Below, one piece after another: positions 51,376 to 61,754 of a DNA stretch of 64,000 nucleotides. A model generated the notes under the pieces. It was not told the DNA's origin. It was given only the letters and a program-made list of their open reading frames with translations, and did not search any database. This DNA is from Bradymonadia bacterium (GTDB lineage Bacteria > Myxococcota_A > Bradymonadia > UBA7976 > UBA1532), in contig JBKAGE010000035.1 of the NCBI GenBank assembly GCA_046290225.1, forward strand, positions 192,001 to 256,000, written 5' to 3'. A program made the translations under genes and the position numbers. Numbering within the stretch: the stretch's first letter is position 1; each line of letters begins with the position of its first letter.

Positions 51376-53682
51376 TCAGCCTTCGACGACGTTGTTCACC
51401 TGACCGCCGAGGGATCTGAGCGTGTAGATGGCCTCGCTGAGGAAAGCCTTGGGCACCACCTGGGCGTCTACCATGCCGTCAAAGTTGTAGAAGTAGAGCC
51501 TGCGGGCCTCTATGGGATCTGCCCCGTCGAGATAGGAATGGTAGTACCCCGAGTGCTCCAAGTGTGCCCAGAGACGGCCTCGAGGGCAAATCAGCCGGGC
51601 GTCACCCACACAGCCCATGTCCTCGCGGGGGCCTTCGATCCACGGGCCATCTTCGAGCGTCCTGACAAACTTTCTCGGCTTCAGCTGGAAGGTGGACTCC
51701 ACCTCGAAGTCGCCATCGAAATCGCCGGGCAAGCTGTAGATCGTGCGCTGTAGCTGGTCGAAGGGCTGGCTCGGAAGCAACGCCTGCCAGGCTTCGAGGG
51801 CCTTGGCGTCCATCTCCACGGGGTGGGCCAGTCTCACCTCGACGTCATCGGCGAGCGTCACGGCTTCACCGCCCACGTCGAGAGCACCTTTTCGATCTTC
51901 ACTCAGGCGCACCACCTGATCGCCAGCTCTCAGCGCCAGACCACCGAGCAGCGGGCCCATGACCGGATGAGGGGCGAGCTGATCCCGCACCACGGCCCAC
52001 GACCATGACCTCTGGGTGACCAGCGTGCCTTCGAGCAGCTCGGTGGCGCGCTTGAGGTCGACCTTGAGGCCTGCCTTGATCTTCTTCAGCTCATTCACTG
52101 CCGTAGCGGCCTTGCGTGGGTCGTCGGTGGCCACGGGCTTGGGGGCACTGGCGGTGCGCTTGCCGCCGGGCTGCTCCACCATGACCTTGCCGCTGCCGTC
52201 GAGCACCACGGAGAGCTGGCGGGGACCATAGTCGAGGGTGCCGAGGACCGGCGCGCCGCCTGCGGCGACACCGCTCACCATGAACCTCTTGAATCCCCCA
52301 CTGCCAGCGAAAGGCGGCACCTTGGAGAGCAGCTGACCGCGGGTCACACCCTGGGCCTTGGCCTCGAGCTCCAGGTTGCGCTTCGCTCTGTAGGACAATG
52401 ATCCCGAGGTGCCGTACCACGCCCAGTGCAGCAGCCAGCCGAGAGTCTGGGGGGTGTTCATGCGCCGATAGACCTCGAGATGCCAGGCGGCCCGAGCGCT
52501 GCCGCCGCCATAGCTCATGTCGTTGAGGGTGGGCCCGGTGGTGTCGACAAACCCCGCGCCGCCCATGACGGCGAGTTGAAACAGCGCCCACTTGTGGGAC
52601 GCAGACTCCCCGCTCTTGCGCCACATCGTCCAGATGGCTTCGCCCCACGCCTCAGCGCTGGCGTCGTCGAGCATGGCCCGCACCTGGGGCGCGAGATCGT
52701 CTCGATCTTCCGCCTCGGGGCCCTCGTTCTTCAGGCGGCCGATGAGGGCCTTGAGGGCGTTCTCGCTCAGCGCCGTGCCCGCTTTGTCTTTGAGCGGAGG
52801 CAGCGCGGCGAGATCGATGAATTTGGGCGGCTTGCCTTTGCGCTGACCGGCGAGCAGGGCTTCTGCACTGTCTCCCGTAGCGGCCTCGACGACAGGGGCG
52901 GGCCGCTGAGGCGTGCCCCCGAGCACCGTGATGGCCTTCTCGAGGGTCTTGATGACGTCTGGGCTCTTTTCCTTGGCGAGGGTCTCTTGCAGTTTGGGCA
53001 GCGCCACCGCGCTCACAGTCTCTCTCGAAGACTTGGAGAGCAGGATGATCGACTCGGCGACCCCCAAACGCCCTGCCTTCTTCTTCGATGACAGCAGGTG
53101 CTGCATCCGGTTGAAGCCCTCGACCAGCTCACCGATCAAGATCGAGCCACATGCTCTCCGCACAGCCTGGGTCGAATCGGTCATCCCCGCCAGCAAGACC
53201 TCGAAGTCCGCCTCTTCGGTGTTCTTGCGCAACAGCTCGTAGAGGGCTGCGCGATGCTTGCCCCCCTTGCCTTCGCTGAGAACGTGGCGGACCGCCTCCC
53301 TGTGCCCAGGACCAGCGCGCACCACGACCTTGGCGAACGCGTCGGGGTTGTCGTCCCATTTGCGAAAGCGGGGCAGTTGGCCAAAGAGGTTCACGAGCAC
53401 CCAGGGCCTCACCGTCTCATCGGCGTTCAGGGCCACCTTCGCGACGTGCTTGAAGCGGCTGTCGAGGGAGTAGGATGGTGAGGTTTTGATCACCTGCGCC
53501 ATCACCTCACTGGAGGTGTACGCCGCCCACACCGCGTCACCGTGCTCTTTCACCAGCTCGGCCATCTGCTTGTCATACCCATTGCCGTTCATGGCTGCGG
53601 TGGCCGCGTCCTTCAGCGTCTGTTGTGTGGCAGCATCAAGGGCGTCGAAGGCCGTTTGGGCAGCCTGAAGCGGGTTGCTCAT
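51376..53682 (-). CDS. HEAT-repeat protein with C-terminal DUF4132-like domain
   Basis: LDYGPRQ...PKP..TDD, RSWSW..HPVM, VRLAHPVEM and QPFDQLQR motifs. Confidence 0.75.
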   Translation of the reverse strand: MSNPLQAAQTAFDALDAATQQTLKDAATAAMNGNGYDKQMAELVKEHGDAVWAAYTSSEVMAQVIKTSPSYSLDSRFKHVAKVALNADETVRPWVLVNLFGQLPRFRKWDDNPDAFAKVVVRAGPGHREAVRHVLSEGKGGKHRAALYELLRKNTEEADFEVLLAGMTDSTQAVRRACGSILIGELVEGFNRMQHLLSSKKKAGRLGVAESIILLSKSSRETVSAVALPKLQETLAKEKSPDVIKTLEKAITVLGGTPQRPAPVVEAATGDSAEALLAGQRKGKPPKFIDLAALPPLKDKAGTALSENALKALIGRLKNEGPEAEDRDDLAPQVRAMLDDASAEAWGEAIWTMWRKSGESASHKWALFQLAVMGGAGFVDTTGPTLNDMSYGGGSARAAWHLEVYRRMNTPQTLGWLLHWAWYGTSGSLSYRAKRNLELEAKAQGVTRGQLLSKVPPFAGSGGFKRFMVSGVAAGGAPVLGTLDYGPRQLSVVLDGSGKVMVEQPGGKRTASAPKPVATDDPRKAATAVNELKKIKAGLKVDLKRATELLEGTLVTQRSWSWAVVRDQLAPHPVMGPLLGGLALRAGDQVVRLSEDRKGALDVGGEAVTLADDVEVRLAHPVEMDAKALEAWQALLPSQPFDQLQRTIYSLPGDFDGDFEVESTFQLKPRKFVRTLEDGPWIEGPREDMGCVGDARLICPRGRLWAHLEHSGYYHSYLDGADPIEARRLYFYNFDGMVDAQVVPKAFLSEAIYTLRSLGGQVNNVVEG

Positions 53683-53780
53683 GGATCAACTCTCGTCGGG
53701 TGGTGCATGCCCAACTTCGTAGCACATCAAATCGCCAAAAACGCTAGGCTCGACGCTTCGAACCTGTCGAGGAGGAGAGG

Positions 53781-54770
53781 ATGAAGAGCAGGTATGCGCT
53801 GTGGGTGTTGTTGGCGGCCTTCACGTGGGGTTGCGGAGGGGATGACGACGGCGACACAGGTACAGGCAACCCCGCTGGCGAGTCGGGCATGGGCGGCTCA
53901 ACCATGGGCGGCGCTCCGGAGACCGCCACTGCAGAGGCCGCTCGGGGCTTGACTGTTCAAGAGCAGTCTCAAGCGGCTCATGGCGACGGCATTCAGCTGG
54001 GGGTCGAGGCCGCCATCGCCGCCAGCGTGCTCGGGGCCAATGGAGAGCAACTCGTGACGACGGGCACGCTCAGACAGGAAGGCGACCAGCTCGTCTATGA
54101 CGCGAGCCCGAACGACCGCCTTTTGGTCGTGCTCGGCGACAACACCTTCACGTATCAAATCAGAGTGCTCGACGGTGACTTTGCCGCCGATACGATCGAG
54201 GACTTCCTCAGCAGAGCCCACACCGTCGATCTGTCGATGAGCGCCAACAACGGCACTGTAGACGCCACCCTGCTGTCTCAAAACCAGGGTGTGGATGAGC
54301 TGCGGGTGATCCAGGGGCAGTTTCGCGGCCTCGATGGCGTGCAGTACACCGCAGATCTACGCTACGAAGGTCGCCGCAGTGTCGATGTGGCCACCAACAG
54401 CGCCGCCTATGAGGCCGATCGCGTGCTCACGGGCACCATCACCGCCGAGGGCTTCAGCCTCGAGGCCCGCGTAGAAGAAAACTACGAGGCGGTGCTCTTC
54501 GACAACTATGTCGAGAACCGCGCCCGCACGTACATCAGCCGCTGGACCGCCGACGGCTCGACCTACACCACCGACGGTGTGCTGCTCCGCACGGCCCACA
54601 GCAATGGCAACCCCACCGACTACGATTTCTGGCGCGGCGAAGGCCGGGTGCTCCGTGACGGCAACGTCGTCGCCGAGCTCGGCCTCCGGCAGGAGGCGGG
54701 TCGGTGGGTGATCTTCGCCACCAGCGCCGAGGGCGAAGAGATCGTCGAGACCTACCCCCTCTCTCAGTGA
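53781..54770 (+). CDS. Hypothetical beta-rich lipoprotein
   Basis: GAGGAG SD, lipobox TWGC. Confidence 0.7.
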   Translation: MKSRYALWVLLAAFTWGCGGDDDGDTGTGNPAGESGMGGSTMGGAPETATAEAARGLTVQEQSQAAHGDGIQLGVEAAIAASVLGANGEQLVTTGTLRQEGDQLVYDASPNDRLLVVLGDNTFTYQIRVLDGDFAADTIEDFLSRAHTVDLSMSANNGTVDATLLSQNQGVDELRVIQGQFRGLDGVQYTADLRYEGRRSVDVATNSAAYEADRVLTGTITAEGFSLEARVEENYEAVLFDNYVENRARTYISRWTADGSTYTTDGVLLRTAHSNGNPTDYDFWRGEGRVLRDGNVVAELGLRQEAGRWVIFATSAEGEEIVETYPLSQ

Positions 54771-54875
54771 GAGGTCCTCACGATCTGGCTGAGAAAATGA
54801 TGCCCGCCGTTGCATGAATCCCGTATATCGCTCGTTCACTGGCCACATGTTGTCTCACGACCCCTTGGAGGACCA

Positions 54876-55745
54876 ATGTCTGCACGTTGGGTGCTCGCCC
54901 TGGCGCTGGCTCTACTGACCACCACCGCCCACGCCAACAACTACAACAGCTTCGATGCCGACTTCGGCGCCGACGCCAAAACCGCGACACCCTATCGGGC
55001 CTCGTACCTCGCCGCGGGCTTGTCCAACGCGATCTACGAGCAGAAGAAAAAGCGCCAGAAAGCATGGCGCACGCTTGGGGTCACCGAGAAGGCCTTCATC
55101 AAGGTCAAAAAGACCGGGGCCGAGGCCGCCATCGTCACCACCGACAACTACATCTTCCTGGTGGCCCGGGGCAGCAAGGGCATCCTCGACTTCACGCAAG
55201 ATGCCCGCATCACCAAGTCGAAGTGGAGCAAGGACAAGATCAAGGTGCACGACGGTTTCAAGGACCAGGCCGGCAGCATCTACACCTGGGCCAGGGACAA
55301 CCTGAACCGCCACAAGGGCAACCGCAAGGTCTGGATCGTGGGCCACAGCCTCGGCGCCGCCGTAGCCCACTTGGTGGCCTACCGCCTGAAGCGAGACGAC
55401 AAGGTGGGCATCGACGGGGTGATGACCTTCGGCACCCCCCGCAGCGGTGGCGATCCCTGGAAGAATAAGTACAACGCCTTGCTGGGCAACATGAGCTGGT
55501 GGTGGTCGAACAACCACGATCCCGTGACCCACATGCCCAGCGGCAAGGCCTGGCGCACTCAGGGCACCCGCTACGTGATCCGCGACGGTCACAAGATCAA
55601 GTTCGACAAGGGGAAGCTGCCCAAGGGGAACATCGCCGAGTTTGGTAAGGACCACCGGGCCCCGCGCTACATCACCACGCTGTGGAAGGGGATGCCCAAG
55701 CGCCTGCGGGGCAGCATGCCCAAGCCCAAGAAGCTCGACTTCTGA
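54876..55745 (+). CDS. Secreted class 3 lipase
   Basis: Signal peptide, VARGS, KVHDGF, IVGHSLGAA, TFGTPR, NNHDPV. Confidence 0.88.
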   Translation: MSARWVLALALALLTTTAHANNYNSFDADFGADAKTATPYRASYLAAGLSNAIYEQKKKRQKAWRTLGVTEKAFIKVKKTGAEAAIVTTDNYIFLVARGSKGILDFTQDARITKSKWSKDKIKVHDGFKDQAGSIYTWARDNLNRHKGNRKVWIVGHSLGAAVAHLVAYRLKRDDKVGIDGVMTFGTPRSGGDPWKNKYNALLGNMSWWWSNNHDPVTHMPSGKAWRTQGTRYVIRDGHKIKFDKGKLPKGNIAEFGKDHRAPRYITTLWKGMPKRLRGSMPKPKKLDF

Positions 55746-55784
55746 GCGGACGACCGTGCCTTTGGTCCGTCAGTTACGGACGCC
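55741..55784. repeat. Dispersed copy of the REP-like unit
   Basis: TCTGAGCGGACGACCGTGCCTT is identical to 43546-43567, again overlapping a TGA stop between convergent genes. Confidence 0.65.
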
Positions 55785-55791
55785 CACACAC

Positions 55792-57153
55792 TCATTTCTT
55801 TCGGGTCTTCAGCCCCTTCAACCGCTTCTTCACCACCGCATTGCCCGGGCGCGCCTTCAACGACGCTTTGTAGTGGACCACCGCCTCCGCGGCCTTGCCT
55901 TCTTCTTCAGCCACTCGGCCCAGGTTGAACCTCAGCGCACCGATCCGCTCACCCCCTTTGGCCAATGTGAGGGCCTTCTCCAGGACAGCGCGGGCCTCTG
56001 TGTAGCGCTTCACCTTGAAGAGTGCCCACCCCTGCTCTCCGAGCAGCCCCGGATCATCGGGGGTGAGCGTCACGGCGAGGGTGAAGAGATCGACGGCGTC
56101 GTAGTATTCGCCAGCCTTCATCATCACCCGAGCGCCTCGTTTGAGCACGGTGAGATCGGCACGTGGCACGTCTCGCCCTCGGGCTTCAGGCCCGGTGATC
56201 CAGGACACGCCGAGCAGAGATCCGGCGGGGACCCTGGCCACGTGCTTGATGGCGCCATCGGGCCCTCTGGTCTCGATGCCTGATTGGGTCACGCGTACCG
56301 CACCACACCCACCATCGATCCAGCCATCGGAGTCAGGCACGAGGCCCTTCAAGAACTCGGGGCGCTCGGGCAGATCCACCGAGACGGTGAAACGATTGTG
56401 GTTTTCGGCCCACGTACAACAGAAGAGGTCCGACTCGAGGTGCAGACCAGTCTGCGTGGGCTGCAGCACGGCGCCCTTGAGATCGAGCCACTTGATGGGC
56501 AAGTCGTCGCTGACCTGCTCTTTCTCGTACTGGTCGTGGGCATAAGCCCGGGCAGCCTTCACGTTGGCGTCGCCCAGCAGGCTGCCCACGTGCACTTCTT
56601 TCAGCTCTGGCCCCGCGGCGAAGACCCAGTCGGTCGTGTCGTCGAAGCCATGGGCGCCCCCGCCATAGCCCCCTGAGCTGGTGTGGCCAGAGAGGTAGGT
56701 GCCGAAGACGCCTCTGACCGAGATGCGGTGGTCTTCGTCGAGATCGAGGGCCTGATCGGGCTCGTTCGGATCGACCTCGAAGCCCAGAGGCTTGCCCATC
56801 ACTGTCTCGAACAGCGGCTCGCCCTCGAGGCGGTGTTGCAGCTCGGACCATGCCTCGTCCACGGTGATCGACATCTTGGCGGAGACGTTGAGCGGGGTGC
56901 TTGTTTTACGGGTCAGCCGCACCACTCGATATTCGTGGAGCTTGCCGTCGATGGCCACAGCCACGGCGCCGTCGTAGAGCGAGCGCACCAGGGTGCCTTT
57001 GCCCACATCGATCACGTGGGGCTGTGGCACGAGGCCCGCCTCAGGATCTCTGGCTTCGAGGTTGACCACCACCGAGCATTGCTCTGGAGCAGCTTCAACG
57101 GCAGAGGTGAGCAGGATTGCGGGGAGAGCGGCGAGGGAGAGCGTGCGTTTCAT
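55792..57153 (-). CDS. Secreted protein with C-terminal TPRs
   Basis: Signal peptide, GGYGGGAHG motif, TPRs (RFNLGRVAEEEG). Overlaps with none; follows the lipoprotein gene on the same strand. Confidence 0.7.
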   Translation of the reverse strand: MKRTLSLAALPAILLTSAVEAAPEQCSVVVNLEARDPEAGLVPQPHVIDVGKGTLVRSLYDGAVAVAIDGKLHEYRVVRLTRKTSTPLNVSAKMSITVDEAWSELQHRLEGEPLFETVMGKPLGFEVDPNEPDQALDLDEDHRISVRGVFGTYLSGHTSSGGYGGGAHGFDDTTDWVFAAGPELKEVHVGSLLGDANVKAARAYAHDQYEKEQVSDDLPIKWLDLKGAVLQPTQTGLHLESDLFCCTWAENHNRFTVSVDLPERPEFLKGLVPDSDGWIDGGCGAVRVTQSGIETRGPDGAIKHVARVPAGSLLGVSWITGPEARGRDVPRADLTVLKRGARVMMKAGEYYDAVDLFTLAVTLTPDDPGLLGEQGWALFKVKRYTEARAVLEKALTLAKGGERIGALRFNLGRVAEEEGKAAEAVVHYKASLKARPGNAVVKKRLKGLKTRKK

Positions 57154-57178
57154 GCGCCCGGCTCCAGGGCAGGGCGCC

Positions 57179-58318
57179 TCAGTTGAGGCGCTGGTAGGTG
57201 TAGTCGGCCTTGCCTTCGATCGTCACCGGCTCGGCGCCTTCTTTCCCGGGCACCGTAATCGAGTAATCGCTGGTGTGCTTGTAACTGAAGGGCTTGGCGA
57301 AGCGCTCGGCCACGGTCCTCTCGATCCAACTGAGGTTCTTCAGCTCGTCTTTCACCTCTTTGAGCTCGCCGGCTTTCACCGAAGCGGTGAGGCCTTCGCC
57401 CTTGGCAGGCTTGAGGGCCAGCGTCTGGGGCACGCTGTAGCCGCTCTTCTTGTGCTTCTCCCACTCGGCAGCCTCGAGGGCCAGCATGGGGGCGTAGGCC
57501 TCGATGGTGTCGTTGTTGGCCTTGAGAGCGAAGCCCGAGCTGTTGCCGCCGAGATCTTCCGTGAGGGTCACGCCCCAGATGTGCACCGTCTGATCGGCGG
57601 AGATGTCTTGCAGCGTGAAGAACCGGCGCCCCAGATGGTGGGGGGCCACGTTGGTCCGGCGGATCTCCATGTGGCCACCGCCGGTGAACTCGATCTTCTC
57701 GCCGTTCTTGAGGGTGACCGTGCCTTCGATCTTGCCGTGGGGGATCATCAGGATCGCCTGGTAGAAGCTCTCGCCACCCACGAGGGCGTTGGGCGGGATC
57801 GGCTGCAGGGGCTTGTGGGTGCTGGTGACCTTGAGTGACAGGGTACGGCCATCTTTCTCGGCCTCAGCCTCGAAGTGACCCACGCCCCCCGTGACCTTGG
57901 CCCCCTTGAGATCAGCCATCAGGCCGTCGTTGCCCCACTTCCACTTGCGATCGTCCCGGCGCAGCCAGAAGGAGTGGCGCGTCTCGTCAGGCATCGTCAC
58001 GTGGCAGGTGAACGCTGCCCGGCCGTCTGCAGAGGGGCCGAAGTTGGTCACCCGCAGGCGGGTGTAGATCGTGCCGCCGTTGTCGAGCTTGCCCCGGAGC
58101 ACGTACATCTCCGAGAAGTCGTCGTGATCACGGTTCTTCTCCTGAGCGAACCCCAGGATCAGATCCTGCTCGGTCACCTCCACCATCTTCACGTCGCCGG
58201 CACCACCGGCGGTGGGCTTCGGCGGCGCAGGCGAGCAGCCGCAGCCCCAAGTGCTCAGGGCGAGGAGCGTGGTGAGGGTGGGGGCCACGAAGGCAGGCTT
58301 CTTGAAGACGTGGCGCAT
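57179..58318 (-). CDS. Beta-rich lipoprotein, possibly lipocalin-like (Svf1/AttH-type) lipid carrier
   Basis: ATG at 58318 after AGGAG, lipobox WGCGC, FSEMY...PHGKIEGTV...GGGHME pattern. The fold call is tentative. Confidence 0.6.
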   Translation of the reverse strand: MRHVFKKPAFVAPTLTTLLALSTWGCGCSPAPPKPTAGGAGDVKMVEVTEQDLILGFAQEKNRDHDDFSEMYVLRGKLDNGGTIYTRLRVTNFGPSADGRAAFTCHVTMPDETRHSFWLRRDDRKWKWGNDGLMADLKGAKVTGGVGHFEAEAEKDGRTLSLKVTSTHKPLQPIPPNALVGGESFYQAILMIPHGKIEGTVTLKNGEKIEFTGGGHMEIRRTNVAPHHLGRRFFTLQDISADQTVHIWGVTLTEDLGGNSSGFALKANNDTIEAYAPMLALEAAEWEKHKKSGYSVPQTLALKPAKGEGLTASVKAGELKEVKDELKNLSWIERTVAERFAKPFSYKHTSDYSITVPGKEGAEPVTIEGKADYTYQRLN

Positions 58319-58326
58319 ACGGTCTC

Positions 58327-59313
58327 CTACAGGAACGACGCCGCCAGGGCGCTGAAGAGCTGATGATCGGCGTGGCGCCGAACGTAGTCGGGGTTGATCT
58401 GAGGCACGATCTTCTTGGTGCGCACCGAAGCATACCAGTGCACCACCCGGGTGCGCTCGGTCATGACCTCGTCGGGGGCCGGGGCTCGACCGATGACAGG
58501 CCACGAAGCCTTGGGCAGAACCGTGCGGAACCAGTGCTCCGAGATCTCCGGCCCCAGAGGGTAGAAGACCTCGGGGGGATGCACCACCATGTCAGCGCCG
58601 CTGTAGGCTTTGAGCTGCTGTTGCAGCAGGTGTGTGCCCAGGGCGAAGCGCACGGTCTGCCGGGCCTCGGGCAGATCGATCATGGCCTGCAACAGCCCGC
58701 TCACGAAGGGGTGCTCGGGGGTCGACGCCAGCACCGCGTTGTTCGCCGCCACGGGGTAGGCCTCTTCGATGCGGCGAAAGGCCCGCCAGCCCTCGGGGGC
58801 CCGACGCATGAGATCCCGCATGGTGGTCTGGGCATAGGCTCGGGCCTGCACCAGAGGGTTCTTCGAGCGCTTCACGTGCTCGGGGAACACCACCCGCTCG
58901 ACGCCGCAAAACGCTGTGGATTGACGCCGCAGAGGGGTCAGATCGGCCACGGTGATGGTGTCGGTATCGAGGTAGACCCCACCCTCGCTGTAGAGCAGCG
59001 CGGCGCGGACCATGTTGGCCCGGGCTGCAGGCTGGGTGAGCTTCTCGAAGAGTTTGACCAGGGCCGGACCGTGGGGCCCCGCGGCGCCGAGGATCGCCTC
59101 AGGATCGAGGGGCCGCAGCGTCAGCTCACCGCGCGCCTGGGCTGCGGCGAGGGTGGGCCACGCCGGCGCCGGGGTCAGATCGTCTGCGTGGTGCAAGATG
59201 ACCTCGTCGAACCCTCCGCGGCGGGCCGCGGAGATCATCGAGAGGGCGTGCACCCAGTGCAGGCCGGTGCCGAACCAGATGAAATGCGCCTTCGCAGGGA
59301 TCTCGGTGCTCAC
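58327..59313 (-). CDS. DXD glycosyltransferase (GT32-like)
   Basis: IPAKAHFIWFG, LLYSEGGVYLDTD, NNAVLASTPEHPF, VFYP. GTG overlaps the MMPL stop. Confidence 0.82.
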   Translation of the reverse strand: MSTEIPAKAHFIWFGTGLHWVHALSMISAARRGGFDEVILHHADDLTPAPAWPTLAAAQARGELTLRPLDPEAILGAAGPHGPALVKLFEKLTQPAARANMVRAALLYSEGGVYLDTDTITVADLTPLRRQSTAFCGVERVVFPEHVKRSKNPLVQARAYAQTTMRDLMRRAPEGWRAFRRIEEAYPVAANNAVLASTPEHPFVSGLLQAMIDLPEARQTVRFALGTHLLQQQLKAYSGADMVVHPPEVFYPLGPEISEHWFRTVLPKASWPVIGRAPAPDEVMTERTRVVHWYASVRTKKIVPQINPDYVRRHADHQLFSALAASFL

Positions 59314-61754
59314 GCTGAGGTGCCCCCGCCAGACTTCAAGCGGCGATGCCGACCGATGGTGACGAAGGCCGCCGTGAGGCTGGTGGTGGTGACGTAGATC
59401 GCCGCGATGCCCACCACGGCCACCGAGCCGATGGACTGCAGACCCTCGCTGTTCACCATCAGCAAGCTGGCGAAGCCCACCGCCGTGGTGAGCGCCGCCA
59501 CCCCAGAGGCCACGCCGGTGGTGGCCAGGGCGGGCTTCACGGACCCTTCTTCTTCTTCCACGCGATAGAGCAGGTGGATGGCGGTGTCGACGCCGATGCC
59601 GAAGATGGTGGGCAACACCACGATGTTGAACAGGTTCAGGGGCACCTGCAGCCAGGCCAGGGCGCCGAGGAAGATCACGAAGCCAGTGATGAGCGGGATG
59701 TACGCCAGGGCGATGCGCCGGGGGCGACGCAGGTCGAGGGTGAGCAGCAGCAACACCACCAGGGCGGCGAGGCCCACGGCCACAGGACCTTCTTCTTTCA
59801 CCGTGGTGTACGCCGCCCCGGTGATCATCCACGGCGCCGTGGCGTAGTAGGTCTTGCCCTCGACATCGACCTCGCCGATGGCGTCCTGGATCTTGAGCAC
59901 GTGGGGCGCGTTCGACTTCGGCCCGTTGGGGTAGAGCAGCACATAGCGACCCAGGGTACCGTCGACGTCGGTGAACTTGGTCTTCACCCAGTCGGGCAGA
60001 CCGTCGACCCCGAAGCCACCCTCGGTGGGCTCGAGGTAGGGCATCAGCTTGTCGGCCTCGACTTTGTCCTCACCCTCAAGAATCCCGTATTTGCGCTTGA
60101 GCTTCTTGCGGGTCTTGTTGATGAGCCGCAGCTTCTCCTTCTGCCCCTCGGGGATGAAGGTGTAGATCGACACCACGTCGTCGAGCAGCGGCTCCGACTC
60201 GATGCGATCGGTGAACTGCGTGTGCACCGAGGCCGTGTGATCGAGGTTGTCGGTGATCACAAGGGCGGGGCTGGCGTTCCGGGTCTCGGCCTCTTTGCGG
60301 TACTTCTGCTTCAGGGCCGAGGACTTCTTCGTCGAGGGGGGCCGCATCTTGCGCATGTCGCCCTCGAACTCGATCTTCTGAATGCGGGTGGCCCCGATGG
60401 CCATGATCACCAGCAAGACGCCGATGCTCGCCTGGGACAACCGCACGCCCTTCTCTGTGGGCTGGCCGGCCTCGGCGTGATCACCGGCGCCGTCGGCCAC
60501 CACCCGGACCCCACCGATGACCGCGGCGAGGGGGGGCAGCACGAGGTACACCGCCAGCAGGCACAGGGCCACACCAGCGGCGGCGATGAAGCCGAACTGC
60601 GAGAAGCCCCGGAAGTCGAAGAACATCAGGGCCCCGAAGGTGGCCATGGTGGTCAACATGGCCGCCACCATGGGCCGCCCGAGGCCCGTGAGGGCAGAGG
60701 CCAGCGCGTCTTCGAGGTTTTTGCCTTTTCGGGCCTCTTCGTTGACCCGGCTCATGGCGTGCACCGCGAAGTCGATGCCCAGGCCCACCAGGATGGCGAA
60801 GATGAAGGCGGTGATCAGGTTGAGGTAGCCCACCGTCAGGCGGGCGAAGGCCATGGTCCAGGCGAGGCCCACCAGCAGAGGCACCACGATCAAGAAGATG
60901 GCCCGGATGCGCCGGAACGAGAACGCCAGGATCAGCGCCACGATGCCCAGGGCCACGGAGCTCGACGAGGCGAGATCTTTTCTGATCTGATCGACGGCGG
61001 CGGACAGCTGCGTGTAGTCGCCCTCGATGGTGGTCTTCAGGCCCGGGTAGGTCTTCTCGACCTCGGCGATGGCGGTGTTCACCTTCTCCATCAGCGCCCG
61101 GGTCTTCGTCTCGTCCGAAGGCTTGAAGTTGGGGTAGGCCTTCACCGAGAGCACCTGGCCATCGGGGCTCTCGAAGTACTCCCGCAGATCTTCGCCGCGG
61201 TTCTCTTTCTTGAGCTCGTCGATGTCCGGGAGAGACTCCTCTTCGTTGCGCTCGTTCTCTGCCGACGGGGGCGGCGGGGGGTCGTCTTCGTCGAGGCCCA
61301 GGCTGAGCTTCTTCTTCACCGCCTTTTTGATGGCCCCCGTCACCCCGTCGTACATCTTCTGCACGTCTTCGATGGGCAGGTAGAGCAGGGCGTTCTTCTC
61401 GAAGAAGTCCACGTCCCGGCGGTACTCCACCTCGGTGATCAGATCAGTGTGGGCCGCGAGCTTCTCCGCGAGCACCGCAGCGGCGGCGCGGTTCGTCTCC
61501 TGATTGTCGGACCCGATGAGGATCTGCAAATCAGAGGGCGTGCGGAGGATCTCCCGGGCTTTACGGGCCCGGACCACCTGGGGGGTGTCCTCGGGGAAGA
61601 GGTCTTCCATGTCCGAGCGGATCTGGATCTGCGTGCCCCACCAGCCGGCGAGGCCGGTGAAGGCGAAGAGCACCACCAGGGCCACCCACTTGTGGGCCAC
61701 GAGGCCCCGAATCACCCGCTCGATGGTGTGCTGAATCTGCTCTGTGAAGCTCAT
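59310..61754 (-). CDS. MMPL/RND-family lipid exporter
   Basis: Two TM blocks with GLGIDFAVH and GIGVDTAIH, two periplasmic loops. Confidence 0.88.
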   Translation of the reverse strand: MSFTEQIQHTIERVIRGLVAHKWVALVVLFAFTGLAGWWGTQIQIRSDMEDLFPEDTPQVVRARKAREILRTPSDLQILIGSDNQETNRAAAAVLAEKLAAHTDLITEVEYRRDVDFFEKNALLYLPIEDVQKMYDGVTGAIKKAVKKKLSLGLDEDDPPPPPSAENERNEEESLPDIDELKKENRGEDLREYFESPDGQVLSVKAYPNFKPSDETKTRALMEKVNTAIAEVEKTYPGLKTTIEGDYTQLSAAVDQIRKDLASSSSVALGIVALILAFSFRRIRAIFLIVVPLLVGLAWTMAFARLTVGYLNLITAFIFAILVGLGIDFAVHAMSRVNEEARKGKNLEDALASALTGLGRPMVAAMLTTMATFGALMFFDFRGFSQFGFIAAAGVALCLLAVYLVLPPLAAVIGGVRVVADGAGDHAEAGQPTEKGVRLSQASIGVLLVIMAIGATRIQKIEFEGDMRKMRPPSTKKSSALKQKYRKEAETRNASPALVITDNLDHTASVHTQFTDRIESEPLLDDVVSIYTFIPEGQKEKLRLINKTRKKLKRKYGILEGEDKVEADKLMPYLEPTEGGFGVDGLPDWVKTKFTDVDGTLGRYVLLYPNGPKSNAPHVLKIQDAIGEVDVEGKTYYATAPWMITGAAYTTVKEEGPVAVGLAALVVLLLLTLDLRRPRRIALAYIPLITGFVIFLGALAWLQVPLNLFNIVVLPTIFGIGVDTAIHLLYRVEEEEGSVKPALATTGVASGVAALTTAVGFASLLMVNSEGLQSIGSVAVVGIAAIYVTTTSLTAAFVTIGRHRRLKSGGGTSA